Of a DNA stretch of 64,000 nucleotides, positions 48,112-58,942 are shown one piece after another. The notes under the pieces were generated by a model. The model was not told the DNA's origin. It searched no databases and was given only the letters and a program-made list of their open reading frames with translations. Positions within the stretch are counted from its first letter, which is position 1; each line of letters begins with the position of its first letter. The stretch is from a virus. A program made the translations under genes and the position numbers. Location: IMG/VR virus record IMGVR_UViG_3300017758_000003, positions 14,044-78,043 of that record, one strand, 5' to 3'.

Positions 48112-50130
48112 CTAAATTAGGGGTAAATTTCCTAAAAAAGTTAAAGAATCATTTTCGTACTTGATCTCCACTGTCGTGTTTTCTACAATTTGACCTAATA
48201 AAATTTGATCACTTATAAAGTCTTCACACATATTTTGTATAATTCTCCTAATAGGTCTTGCACCATATTCCTCTTCAGAATTTCTTGAAAGAATTTCCTT
48301 ATACACTGTTGGATGAAATTTTATATTGTAATTCTTATCTCTCAATCTACTCTTCAATTTGTTCATTTCGATAGTGACAATCTTCTTCAAAGACTTATTA
48401 TCTAATTTATTGAATACGATTATATCATCAACCCTATTGAGAAACTCAGGACTAAATTGTTGTTTCAAAGATTTTCTAATTATAGAGTCTTTAACCTTTT
48501 CTCTATTAGTTCCATCGTCAAAACCTACACCACTACCAAAATCAGCAACTTTTTTAGCACCGATATTAGATGTCATGATTATTAAAGTATTTGTAAAGTT
48601 TACTTTTCTACCGAAAGAATCAGTTAAATGTCCTTCGTCCAAAATTTGAAGTAATAAATTAAAAACGTCTTTATGTGCCTTTTCAATCTCATCAAATAGT
48701 ATAACAGAGAAAGGATTGTTTTTAATTTTTTCTGTTAATTGACCACCTTCATCATAACCAACATACCCTGGTGGAGAACCAATTAGTTTTGATAAATTAT
48801 GTTTCTCCATAAACTCACTCATATCAACCCTGATTATTTTTTCGGGATCATTGAATAGTGTTTCGGCTAAAGTTTTTGCGAGGTAAGTTTTTCCCACCCC
48901 CGTTGAACCTAAGAACATGAATGACCCAATCGGTCTATTAGAACCTCTAACACCAACTCTATTTCTTCTTATCGCTTTAGAGATTGTTGCGATGGCATCG
49001 TGTTGTCCGATAACCTTTTTCGTTATGTGGTTCTCTAAATTGAGTAAGTTTTTAGATTCTTTAGTATCGAGTTTATTGATGGGTACACCAACAGTATCAC
49101 TTATCATTTCGTAAACATCATCAATATCGATAGGTTTCTTATTTTGTTTTTGTTCTTCATTCCATTTCCTTTTCTCAGTTTCCAATTTTTTGAGGACGTT
49201 CTTTTCTTGATCTCTTAGATTTGCCGCCAGTTCATAGTTTTGGTCTTTAACTACTTCAAGTTTCTGAAGTTTAATGTCTTCCGCATTTTTTTTCAATTTT
49301 TCTATTGAGTCAGGAACTTTCACAGTAATTTTCTTTTCAGAACCCAACTCGTCTAATATGTCAATTGCCTTATCGGGAAATTGTTTGTCTGTTATATATC
49401 TCTTTGATAATTTGACTATGGTTTCAATAACACCTTTAGTATATAAGACCCTATGATAATCCTCGTAAGATAATTTTAAGTTCTTTAATATTTCAGTAGT
49501 CTCATCAGATGTTGGTTCTCTAAGGATAATTTTTTGGAATCTTCTAACCAACGCACCATCTTTCTCAATGTTCTTTTTAAATTCATCGAAAGTGGTTGCC
49601 CCAATACATTGTATTTCACCTCGGGCTAATGCGGGTTTAAGTATGTTTGCTGCATCCATAGAACCTGAAGCATTACCTGCACCCACCATCGTGTGTAATT
49701 CATCAATGAATACAATTACGTTTGGTGCATCTTCTAATTCATTTAGTATTGCCTTGATTCTCTCCTCGAATTGTCCACGGTATTTTGTTCCCGCAACCAA
49801 TGCCGTTAGATCAAGTGCCATAATCCTCTTATCTAACAAGTTAGTTGGACAGGTACCTTCTGTTATCATAATTGCCAATTTTTCAACAAGTGCGGACTTA
49901 CCGACACCCGCTTCACCGACAATAACAACATTATTTTTCTTTTTCCTTGATAGGATCCTCGCAATTCTCATTACCTCTTTATCCCTACCAATAATAGGGT
50001 CAATCAAGCCCTCACTTGCAAGTTTTGTTAGGTCCCTTGAAAAATTATCGAGTACAGGTGTGTTACTGTTTTTCTTACCTTTTCTTTGAGTTTGACCCTC
50101 ATCCTTGTCTTCATAAAAATCTATAGACAT
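48112..50130 (-). CDS. clpC: ClpC-like AAA+ unfoldase lacking the N-terminal domain
   Basis: Two Walker A motifs (GEAGVGKS, GSTGVGKT), UVR M-domain, GYVGY pore loop, VGF ClpP-docking loop; promoter TTGACA-N17-TATATT at 50149-50177. Confidence 0.93.
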   Translation of the reverse strand: MSIDFYEDKDEGQTQRKGKKNSNTPVLDNFSRDLTKLASEGLIDPIIGRDKEVMRIARILSRKKKNNVVIVGEAGVGKSALVEKLAIMITEGTCPTNLLDKRIMALDLTALVAGTKYRGQFEERIKAILNELEDAPNVIVFIDELHTMVGAGNASGSMDAANILKPALARGEIQCIGATTFDEFKKNIEKDGALVRRFQKIILREPTSDETTEILKNLKLSYEDYHRVLYTKGVIETIVKLSKRYITDKQFPDKAIDILDELGSEKKITVKVPDSIEKLKKNAEDIKLQKLEVVKDQNYELAANLRDQEKNVLKKLETEKRKWNEEQKQNKKPIDIDDVYEMISDTVGVPINKLDTKESKNLLNLENHITKKVIGQHDAIATISKAIRRNRVGVRGSNRPIGSFMFLGSTGVGKTYLAKTLAETLFNDPEKIIRVDMSEFMEKHNLSKLIGSPPGYVGYDEGGQLTEKIKNNPFSVILFDEIEKAHKDVFNLLLQILDEGHLTDSFGRKVNFTNTLIIMTSNIGAKKVADFGSGVGFDDGTNREKVKDSIIRKSLKQQFSPEFLNRVDDIIVFNKLDNKSLKKIVTIEMNKLKSRLRDKNYNIKFHPTVYKEILSRNSEEEYGARPIRRIIQNMCEDFISDQILLGQIVENTTVEIKYENDSLTFLGNLPLI

Positions 50131-50312
50131 ACTTTTTTAGTTTTTAAAAATATACAAAAAATTATACCAAATGTCAACCTCGACATATACCTAAATTATA
50201 TAATGTCAATATGTCACGTATAATTATTATATTTGTGACAAAATAACATGTTTTGTCTATTGGTACGTATTTGGTACTATAAATTATAAATAAACAATTA
50301 AAATTTAAACAC

Positions 50313-50681
50313 ATGTTATTATTTAAAAAAGACCCATTTTTTAATTTGGTTGGTGAGTTCCTTAACGATCATAATGTATCTCATAGAGAATCAATAAATG
50401 TTTTAAGGAACGTTACAGAAAACGAATATGAATTAGAGTTCGTTTTACCTGGCCTTTCAAAAGAGGATGTTAATGTAGTCGTTGAAGACAATAAACTAAA
50501 GGTGTCTTATAAAGACGAAGAAAATGAAAATTCTTATACAAGATCATTCGATAGATCTTATGAATTACCCGAAGATGTTAATCAAACTAAGATTAGTGCC
50601 AAGTCACAAGACGGTATTTTAAAGATTACAATACCGAAAGTAAAGAAGTCGTCTAAACAACGAACCATCTTAATCAAATAA
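50313..50681 (+). CDS. small heat-shock protein (Hsp20)
   Basis: LPGLSKEDVNV, SFDRSYELP, AKSQDGILKITIPK. Confidence 0.93.
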   Translation: MLLFKKDPFFNLVGEFLNDHNVSHRESINVLRNVTENEYELEFVLPGLSKEDVNVVVEDNKLKVSYKDEENENSYTRSFDRSYELPEDVNQTKISAKSQDGILKITIPKVKKSSKQRTILIK

Positions 50682-50792
50682 ATTAAACCCCCGTAATTGG
50701 GGGTTTATTTTTTTACAGATATTTATTTAGAACATCAGACTAACTTGATTTTGTCTTGAATAATTGGTATAATTAATATAAAACAGAATAAT

Positions 50793-51038
50793 ATGGCAAT
50801 TATAACAGAAAAAATCGAAGGGAAAAACATTTTCGTAGAGATTCAATCGTCGAATTTACAGTCTGCGTCTTATAATACTGAAGACGAAACATTACAAGTC
50901 ACTTTCAAGAGTGGTGTTGTTTATGAGTATTATAAAGTTCCGTGGCAGAAGTTCACAAAACTTAGAATGGCGGAATCGCAAGGTAGGTACTTTAATTTGA
51001 ATATATCTAAGACCTATGAGTATAAGAAAATGGAATAA
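50793..51038 (+). CDS. KTSC domain protein
   Basis: SSNLQSASYN..LQVTFKSG..YEYYKVP..AESQGRYFN. Confidence 0.9.
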   Translation: MAIITEKIEGKNIFVEIQSSNLQSASYNTEDETLQVTFKSGVVYEYYKVPWQKFTKLRMAESQGRYFNLNISKTYEYKKME

Positions 51039-51805
51039 TGAATAACACGATTGTTGATGAACTGATTGAGGAAATCGGAAACAACCAAGAGATTGTTAAA
51101 TCTTTTGAAATAAGAACTTCACTATCAGAAGATATTTTTGAAAATAAGGATGGTGAATTTTCTATGCATGATGAGATCAGAAATAGACTTGTTGAAGTAA
51201 CTCAGAAATTCATGGATTTTTTAGATATCGAATTCTTTATACATGATATCATTCTTACAGGTTCCCTATCAAACTATAATTGGTCAAAATATTCAGACGT
51301 TGATTTACATATATTAATTGACTACAACGAGACAGAGTACAATTTAGACTTATTAAAGGGTTTCTTTAATAGTAAAAGAAGTTTGTGGAACAAACAACAC
51401 GAAATTTTAATAAAAGGTTTTGATTGTGAAATTTATGTTCAAGACGTAAATGAAAAACATACCGCTTCGGGTATATATTCTGTATTGAATGATAATTGGA
51501 TTGTTGAACCTAAACAGACAATACAATCTATTGATAAGAGTATGATCATAAAAAAGGCATCAATTTTCGAAGATAAAATCGATGAAATAGAAGAAAACTT
51601 CTCTAAAGGAGAGGATGTAAGTGACGATATCCTTAAGACTAAAAAGAAGTTAAAAAAGTTTAGACAGAGTGGTTTAGATAAAGGGGGAGAGTTTTCCTAT
51701 GAAAATCTCGCATTCAAATTATTAAGGAGAAATGGATACATAGGCAAGTTATTAGACATCCAAACTAAAACCACTGATAAGAAATTATCTATAGCACAAC
51801 AATAA
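51038..51805 (+). CDS. Pol-beta superfamily nucleotidyltransferase
   Basis: LTGSLSNYNWSKYSDVDLHI and EIYVQD. Confidence 0.8.
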   Translation: MNNTIVDELIEEIGNNQEIVKSFEIRTSLSEDIFENKDGEFSMHDEIRNRLVEVTQKFMDFLDIEFFIHDIILTGSLSNYNWSKYSDVDLHILIDYNETEYNLDLLKGFFNSKRSLWNKQHEILIKGFDCEIYVQDVNEKHTASGIYSVLNDNWIVEPKQTIQSIDKSMIIKKASIFEDKIDEIEENFSKGEDVSDDILKTKKKLKKFRQSGLDKGGEFSYENLAFKLLRRNGYIGKLLDIQTKTTDKKLSIAQQ

Positions 51806-51873
51806 ACGATATTTTTTTCTCGATATTGTAGTATTTATAGAATAAGAATAAGTTATTAACTAATATTTATAAT

Positions 51874-52920
51874 ATGTCAGATCTTAAACCATTAGGTAGT
51901 GAAAAATTATCTGGTGACGATAAATTAAAAAGAATTATGGAGATCGCCAACTACGGTAGGTCAACTAAAAATTCTGTCACCGAAAATAAAAACTCCTCTA
52001 TTGAATTCTCAAAAGAATCAAATAACGGTACATATGGTATCGTAAGAGAGAAAGATGGATACTACGTAAAGAAAGGACTTAATGAAAGTACCTTAGATTA
52101 TATCGGTGGTATTTTCATGAAGAATAAAAATCGTTTTAAATCATACGCAGAAGCGTTTAAAAGATTGGAATTGATTAGTGGTCAAGAATCACTCAATGAA
52201 GCGAAAAAGTACGTTTTAAAATCCAAAAGTAAACCTGCGGAATCGGTAGCACCCGAGGCACCAATAGAAGATATTCCTGCACCTGTTGCGGAACCTGAAA
52301 TTGGTCCTGAACCTGAAGAGGCTCCTGTTGACGATTTACCACCTGCAGATGCGGGTATCGAAGGTGATGAAGAAATGGGTGGTGAAGATGATGGTAAAAG
52401 GTCAGACTATATGGCTGAAGTACAAAAATTCTCAGGAAAATTAGGACAATCGTTAAGAGACGTTAAAGAGAGAATGGAAAGTGACGACATCAAATATGTT
52501 ATTAATATGGTTCTTTCAGCGGTAAATCTTGATTCACTTGATGAAGATGATAGAGAAGAAATTGCGGAAAAATTCGAACCAAAAGACGAAGATTTCGGTG
52601 GTGATGAATTACCATCTGTAGACGATGAACTACCTTCTAATGATGGTGAAGAGGGTGACGAAGAAGAAGTAGATGAAATCATGGATAAACTTGAGAGTTT
52701 TGTTAACGACGAACCCACTATTCAAAAAGAAGAATTACCTGAAGATGAGAAATCCATCGAAGACTACGCAGATTTAAGTGTTAAACACGAAGAAGAAGTG
52801 GGTGAAATGGAAACTTACGAAGGTGATACTAACGAAATAGAAACTGAAATAGATTTGGATGAGCTTAAGTCGGAAATCAACAAACACGTTGACGAGACTA
52901 TAAGCAAATATTTCGAATAA
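51874..52920 (+). CDS. acidic low-complexity head-associated protein
   Basis: D/E/P-rich, with LKRIMEI motif and [LIV]xE sites. Confidence 0.7.
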   Translation: MSDLKPLGSEKLSGDDKLKRIMEIANYGRSTKNSVTENKNSSIEFSKESNNGTYGIVREKDGYYVKKGLNESTLDYIGGIFMKNKNRFKSYAEAFKRLELISGQESLNEAKKYVLKSKSKPAESVAPEAPIEDIPAPVAEPEIGPEPEEAPVDDLPPADAGIEGDEEMGGEDDGKRSDYMAEVQKFSGKLGQSLRDVKERMESDDIKYVINMVLSAVNLDSLDEDDREEIAEKFEPKDEDFGGDELPSVDDELPSNDGEEGDEEEVDEIMDKLESFVNDEPTIQKEELPEDEKSIEDYADLSVKHEEEVGEMETYEGDTNEIETEIDLDELKSEINKHVDETISKYFE

Positions 52921-52921
52921 A

Positions 52922-53326
52922 ATGAGACTGATCTATATCAATGAAATTGGATCTGACTATAAGGGACAGAAACAATATGAGTTCATTTTCAGTAAACATA
53001 CTGAGTTTGATATAGATGAGTGGTACCACATTCCCGCATCCTCTTACCCCGATTCACTATCCCCCGATTTAGAATATGTCGATTTAGTTGGTGTTTTAAA
53101 GAACACTAACATTGATTTGGACCTTGTGCAGAAATCTGATTATTTTGGTATAATCGATGCTGTTGATGGGGTCATATCTTTAGGATGGGAAAAATTTGAT
53201 GAAGAAGGTGAAGAAGATAGACTCACTTTCAAATTTTCAGAGAAAATAGAGAGTGTAAAAGAAAAATTAAAAAGTAGAGGGTACAACCTTATAAACGAAG
53301 AACTAAAATATAATTTAGGGGTATGA
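52922..53326 (+). CDS. hypothetical phage protein
   Basis: 134 aa, within the late operon. Confidence 0.75.
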   Translation: MRLIYINEIGSDYKGQKQYEFIFSKHTEFDIDEWYHIPASSYPDSLSPDLEYVDLVGVLKNTNIDLDLVQKSDYFGIIDAVDGVISLGWEKFDEEGEEDRLTFKFSEKIESVKEKLKSRGYNLINEELKYNLGV

Positions 53327-53913
53327 AAAATAGAAAACAAATTATAAATAAACTTATAAATGAGGGTTTATCAGATAAACTTTTAAGTGGTTTGAATGAC
53401 AAACAATTAACTGAATTGTCTGAAAGACTCATTTCGGAACAAACCCTAAACATCTCTAAAGATGATAATCAAGCCATAGACAAGGCGAAGAATGACAATA
53501 AAACTTTTGTAACTTATGAAGAAGATCAAACAGACGTTGATGAAGAAAACGATTGTGATGAGTGTCAAGAAAATGTTGAAGAAGATCAAGAAGAAATTAA
53601 CGAATGGGTTGAAGGGTTAGTAAATGAAAAATACTATCACGGTACAACAACTAAAAAAGAAATTTTCGAATTGATTGGGTCATTATCTGACACGGCAGAT
53701 AGTTTAGTTGATGCACAGAGTATGTTCGACGTTGATGAACAACAACCTGCACCTTCTAAACCTGATGTAGACACACCAACAAGGGAGAAACCAAGTAAAC
53801 CAGGAAGAGAAAATCCTTTCAAACCAAAACATAAACCAAAACCAAAGGCAAGATTACCTAAAGTATTGTCATTTGACGCGATTGGTATCAATTTAAAACA
53901 AGCGGCAGAATGA
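53323..53913 (+). CDS. hypothetical virion-associated protein
   Basis: Acidic core and PKPKA Pro/Lys tail. Confidence 0.75.
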   Translation: MKNRKQIINKLINEGLSDKLLSGLNDKQLTELSERLISEQTLNISKDDNQAIDKAKNDNKTFVTYEEDQTDVDEENDCDECQENVEEDQEEINEWVEGLVNEKYYHGTTTKKEIFELIGSLSDTADSLVDAQSMFDVDEQQPAPSKPDVDTPTREKPSKPGRENPFKPKHKPKPKARLPKVLSFDAIGINLKQAAE

Positions 53914-55226
53914 TAACGAAAAAAAACTTATTAGAAACAATCAAAAAAATTAAGGAAGCACCAATGGATTATGGTGACAATCCCGAAAGAATTGAAAAAG
54001 GTATTGAGGATAAATTAAGAGATAAAGAAACACCCTTCAAAGATAACCCATCTTTTCCTGAAGAACAACCAGACGGTTTACCTTCTAATTGGGAGGAATT
54101 ATTAGCGTCTAAAAGATTTAAGGACGTTGTAGAAAAGGTAAAAAGATATACAGGATTTGAAGGTGATGTAAGTACACAAGGGTCATTAATGTCCTTACAA
54201 CAAACATTAATGGGCACTCTAAGATCTGTTATGTCTTTTGAAGTAGAGAATAAAGAATACTTAGAAAACTTAGCGGTAGAATTAGTAAAGAAAGAAATGG
54301 CACTTCCTGAAGATCAATTACAGTTTGATGCCAAGATAGTACCAATGGGTGGTATTGACCCTGAAGGTTTTCAAATGCAAGGTGAAGACCCAAGTGAGGA
54401 AGAAGTAGAACAACAATTTGGTGTTGATAATGAAAGTGCAGAAGATGATGTGGAAGAGTTTATCACCGCAATGGAAAAATTTGATGCTGAGACCGCAAAA
54501 AGAAGATTTATAAACGCACTTATACAAGGTGCATCGAAGAAAGGACATTACATGTTTGAATTAGTTGCAAATGAGTTAACTGATAGAAACCCTAATATTG
54601 TAAACCAATATGGTGTATTAATGTCTGTAAATGATTTGATGTATTGGTTATTACCCGATGGGGTTATCGAAGGTCAATTTGGTCAAGGTGGTTTTGCGGG
54701 TAAAGAAGAAGTTGATACGGAAACAGATCCACCAACAGTTAAGGCAAGGGCGGTGTTTTTTCCTGCACTTGTACATGAACTAATTAAAGGTGTAATGGAA
54801 ATTTTAGGTACACAAGGTTTACCTGATGACCCAAGATCTGCAGAAATGGTTATGAATAAAACAGATACTATACCTTCTGAAATTTGGGATTTAAGATTAG
54901 GACCTATTATTTGGGAAAAATTCTACGAGTCATACCCAAACAAATTATTTGATGAGGATTTAAGATACATACAAAACTACCTATTCTCAAGGTTCTCCGC
55001 ATTGAATACAGAAGAATTCTTTAAAGTTTCAAGAGAAATACTTAGAGGTAGTGAACTTGGTAAAGACATTGTAAATAAAATGGTTAATCAAATTATCGAA
55101 GATTTGAAAAGAGAAGATTATGAGGAGGACGAATATAATCGAGAAATTGGTAATGACGATGACGATGGGTTAAGTGGTTTGTTAGGATCTTTAGGAATAA
55201 CCTTAGGACCCGAAGACGACAACTAA
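53910..55226 (+). CDS. hypothetical phage protein
   Basis: 438 aa; RRFINALIQG and LVHELIKG; directly upstream of terL. Confidence 0.8.
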   Translation: MITKKNLLETIKKIKEAPMDYGDNPERIEKGIEDKLRDKETPFKDNPSFPEEQPDGLPSNWEELLASKRFKDVVEKVKRYTGFEGDVSTQGSLMSLQQTLMGTLRSVMSFEVENKEYLENLAVELVKKEMALPEDQLQFDAKIVPMGGIDPEGFQMQGEDPSEEEVEQQFGVDNESAEDDVEEFITAMEKFDAETAKRRFINALIQGASKKGHYMFELVANELTDRNPNIVNQYGVLMSVNDLMYWLLPDGVIEGQFGQGGFAGKEEVDTETDPPTVKARAVFFPALVHELIKGVMEILGTQGLPDDPRSAEMVMNKTDTIPSEIWDLRLGPIIWEKFYESYPNKLFDEDLRYIQNYLFSRFSALNTEEFFKVSREILRGSELGKDIVNKMVNQIIEDLKREDYEEDEYNREIGNDDDDGLSGLLGSLGITLGPEDDN

Positions 55227-55282
55227 TCTACACGAATTATAGGAAAGTGGTCATAGGACCACTTTTTTTGTATTTATAGGAT

Positions 55283-57070
55283 ATGGATAAACATAAATTA
55301 ATACAGTTAAAGGAGTACGCTAAGATCATGAAGGATACTCCGTATGCCCTAAAAACGTATTTGACTACATATGATAACACAAAAAAGACATATGTACCAT
55401 TAGAACTGTTTCCTGACCAAGTTCAATTACTTGAGGACTACGATAATTACAATGAAAATATTACTCGTAAATATAGACAGGCAGGTGTATCAACTGTAAC
55501 CGCAGCATGGTTATCTAAAAGAATACAAACAGCAAAACCTGACAATCCCGAAAGAATTCTTATTATTGCGAATAAGAGAGATACCGCAATTGAGATGGCT
55601 AACAAAGTAAGAAGTTTCTTAGAACAGTGGCCTGAGTGGATTAACGTAGGTTTCTCCGCAGATAAAAACTCTGAAAGTCGTTACAGAATGAATAACGGTT
55701 GTGAGGTTAAAGCCGTCGCAACATCCGCAGATGCATTACGTGGTTATACACCAACAGTACTTGTATTTGACGAAGCGGCATATATTGAAGCGGGAGAAGA
55801 CTTTTGGGCTGCGTGTATGGCATCTCTATCTACGGGTGGTAAGGTTATTTTAATTTCAACACCTAACGGACATGATCCGATATACTACGGTGTTTATGAT
55901 CAAGCACTAAGAGGTATGAATGACTTTAAAATTACAGATGTAAGATGGTTTAAAGATCCTCGTTATGCTGGTGATTTAAAGTGGATACGAGTTGATGATA
56001 TTATTCATTATATGTTGAATAGAGAACAATATAATGATGACGAAATAATTTTAGAACAAGGTTGGAAGGGTTATGAGGATTTACTCGAAAAAGGATATAA
56101 ACCCTATTCTCACTGGTTTGAGAATATGGCAAAAAAATTCAAATATGATAAGAGAAAAATCGCACAGGAATTGGAGTGTGACTTCCTCGGGTCTGGTGAT
56201 GGTGTTATCCCAAACACCGTACAGGACATCATAAGAAAAACTATGATCAAGGACCCCATTGAAAAATATATGCAGGGCACTTTTTGGTTATGGAAAGAAC
56301 CTATTGAAGGTCACAGATATATTATGGGTGTTGACGTATCCCGAGGTGATAGTGCCGATTCATCATCAATATGTGTTATTGATTTTGATGAAAATGAACA
56401 AGTCGCAGAATATGTTGGTAAGATCCCCCCTGATGATTTAGCGTCAATAGTTTATAAGTGGGGTACGTTATATAAGGCGTTTGTTGCTACTGACATAACA
56501 GGTGGAATGGGTATTGCAACATCTCGTAAATTACAGGAGATGGGTTATAACGACCAATATGTTGACGGTGTAAACACAAATGATATTTGGAAGTATAACA
56601 AAAAAGCACAGGAAAAGATACCTGGCATTAATTTTAACAATAAAAGAACACAGATAGTTGCCGCTTTTGAGGAGAGACTTAGACACGGTTTTCTTGTCAG
56701 ATCCTCAAGGTTACTTAATGAATTAAACACATTCGTTTATATTAACGGTAGACCTAACCACATGAAAGGTGCTCATGATGACGCAATAATGGCAATGGCG
56801 ATTGCTATGTATGTGGGTGATGTTTGTTTTACTCAGTTAAAGAGAAACGACACCGCAAATAAAGCGATGTTAGATTCTTGGGTATTATCTGAAAGAACAT
56901 ATGAGACTAAGAAATCGTTTTATTCCCATGGAACCGCGTTTGATGCAATTGGTTCTATGAAAACTGACCAAGGAACAATACCTATGAACCCTAATGGTGA
57001 CGGTAATTTAAGTCTTGATCAATACAAAGAATATATGTGGTTATTCGGGGGTAGAAATAAACAGGTTTAA
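55283..57070 (+). CDS. terL: terminase large subunit (T4 gp17-like)
   Basis: KYRQAGVST Walker A, VFDEAAYI, ISTPNG, QELECDF, MGVDVSRG, HDDAIMA. Confidence 0.95.
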   Translation: MDKHKLIQLKEYAKIMKDTPYALKTYLTTYDNTKKTYVPLELFPDQVQLLEDYDNYNENITRKYRQAGVSTVTAAWLSKRIQTAKPDNPERILIIANKRDTAIEMANKVRSFLEQWPEWINVGFSADKNSESRYRMNNGCEVKAVATSADALRGYTPTVLVFDEAAYIEAGEDFWAACMASLSTGGKVILISTPNGHDPIYYGVYDQALRGMNDFKITDVRWFKDPRYAGDLKWIRVDDIIHYMLNREQYNDDEIILEQGWKGYEDLLEKGYKPYSHWFENMAKKFKYDKRKIAQELECDFLGSGDGVIPNTVQDIIRKTMIKDPIEKYMQGTFWLWKEPIEGHRYIMGVDVSRGDSADSSSICVIDFDENEQVAEYVGKIPPDDLASIVYKWGTLYKAFVATDITGGMGIATSRKLQEMGYNDQYVDGVNTNDIWKYNKKAQEKIPGINFNNKRTQIVAAFEERLRHGFLVRSSRLLNELNTFVYINGRPNHMKGAHDDAIMAMAIAMYVGDVCFTQLKRNDTANKAMLDSWVLSERTYETKKSFYSHGTAFDAIGSMKTDQGTIPMNPNGDGNLSLDQYKEYMWLFGGRNKQV

Positions 57071-57116
57071 AAATTGAAATTTTTTTCTTATATTATAATG
57101 TATAATATTTATTAAT

Positions 57117-58940
57117 ATGGCCAAACAAAATCTAACAGTATATCAAAGACTTACAAAGGTGTTCGGGTTTACCGCAGAGAGACCTACTACACCACAATAT
57201 AAGTTCGATAGAGATCAAATTCTTAAAACAGATAGTAGAGAGGATTATGAGAAGGAGATGTTGCAACAACAACAGTCTGCATACATATCTGACAAGTGGA
57301 CAAAACTTGATCAGTCACTTTATAATCAATCAGTATACTATGAACCAAATAGGTTAGCAGCATACTACGATTACGAATCAATGGAGTTTACACCTGAGAT
57401 TTCTGCGGCATTGGATATATACTCTGAAGAGTCAACAACACTTTCAGAAAAAGGTGAAATCTTAACCATATATTCAGAATCTAAAAGAGTAAAAAATATT
57501 TTAGAAGATTTATTTTATAACATATTAGATATTAATACAAATCTACAAATGTGGTGTCGTGGTACTTCAAAGTACGGTGACAACTTCGTTTATTTAAAAA
57601 TAGATCCAAGTAAAGGTGTTATTGGTTGTCAACAACTACCAAACATAGAAATAGAAAGACAAGAGGGGGCAGCATCACAAGTACATAAGTCAGAACAACC
57701 TTCAGGTGTTCAACTACCGAGTAGAGAACTTAGGTTTACATGGAAAAACAAAGACATGGAATTCCAAGCTTGGGAGGTTGCACACTTTAGACTTTTAGGT
57801 GATGATAGAAAATTACCTTATGGTACATCGATGTTAGATAAGGTTAGACGTATATGGAAACAATTACTTCTTGCGGAAGATGCGATGTTAATATATAGAA
57901 CATCAAGAGCACCTGAAAGAAGAGTATTCAAAGTCTTTGTTGGTAATATGGATGATAAAGATATTGAATCATACGTACAAAGAATTGCAAACAAGTTCAA
58001 AAGAGATACTATAGTAGATCCAAAAAATGGTCAGGTTGATATGAGATATAACCAAATGGCTGTTGACCAAGATTATTTTATACCTGTTAGGGATCCTTCA
58101 CAAACATCACCTATTGAAACTCTACCAGGAGCACAAAATTTAGGTGAGATTGCGGATATAGAATATATCCAAAAGAAATTATTAGCGGCACTAAGAATAC
58201 CTAAGGCATTTTTAGGTTTCGAAGAAATAGTGGGTGAAGGTAAAAGTCTCGCATTGATGGACATTCGTTTTGCGAGAACAATCAATAGAATTCAAAAATC
58301 ATTGATTCAAGAACTTAATAAGATTGCATTAGTACACTTATATCTATTAGGTTTGGAAGATGAGTTAGATAATTTTACATTATCATTAACTAACCCATCG
58401 GCACAATCTGATCTCTTAAGAATTGAACAATGGAAAGAAAAAGTAACTCTATATAAAGATGCAACTTCAGATCAATCACAAATAGGTATTCAACCTGTTT
58501 CACATACTTGGGCTAAAAAGAATATCCTTGGTATGAGTGATAATGATGTAGTTCTTGATTTACAACAACAACGACTCGAAAGAGCGATGGGTGCGGAATT
58601 AGGTATTACTCAGAACATTATTAAACGAACGGGCATATTTGATGAGGTAGATAAGAAATATGGTATTCCTGAAGAAGAAAGACAATCGATGGATGATTCA
58701 GGTCAATCCGCACCCGCAGATGGTGGGGGAGGTGATGACTTTTTATCGGGAGGTGGAGATAGTTCGCCACCACCGCCAGACGATGCACCTTTAAGTGAAG
58801 GTCAAAAAACAAAAAAGACTAAAATATTAGGTGAATTGGGAGACGAAAAATTAGAATTTGATGATCTTTTTGATTCCGAGAAGGCACAACGTAATATTTA
58901 TGAGATAGAGAATAAACTCAAAGACATTATAAACGAGTAA
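57117..58940 (+). CDS. portal protein (T4 gp20-like)
   Basis: AEDAMLIYRTSRAPERRVF, DYFIPVR, IETLPGAQNLGEIADIEY. Confidence 0.95.
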   Translation: MAKQNLTVYQRLTKVFGFTAERPTTPQYKFDRDQILKTDSREDYEKEMLQQQQSAYISDKWTKLDQSLYNQSVYYEPNRLAAYYDYESMEFTPEISAALDIYSEESTTLSEKGEILTIYSESKRVKNILEDLFYNILDINTNLQMWCRGTSKYGDNFVYLKIDPSKGVIGCQQLPNIEIERQEGAASQVHKSEQPSGVQLPSRELRFTWKNKDMEFQAWEVAHFRLLGDDRKLPYGTSMLDKVRRIWKQLLLAEDAMLIYRTSRAPERRVFKVFVGNMDDKDIESYVQRIANKFKRDTIVDPKNGQVDMRYNQMAVDQDYFIPVRDPSQTSPIETLPGAQNLGEIADIEYIQKKLLAALRIPKAFLGFEEIVGEGKSLALMDIRFARTINRIQKSLIQELNKIALVHLYLLGLEDELDNFTLSLTNPSAQSDLLRIEQWKEKVTLYKDATSDQSQIGIQPVSHTWAKKNILGMSDNDVVLDLQQQRLERAMGAELGITQNIIKRTGIFDEVDKKYGIPEEERQSMDDSGQSAPADGGGGDDFLSGGGDSSPPPPDDAPLSEGQKTKKTKILGELGDEKLEFDDLFDSEKAQRNIYEIENKLKDIINE

Positions 58941-58942
58941 TT

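Noticed and set aside
50195-50275. Sigma54-like TGGTAC-N4-TTGG and TGTCA/TGACA repeats before hsp20
   Set aside because: Single, imperfect match; cannot be supported without comparative data.
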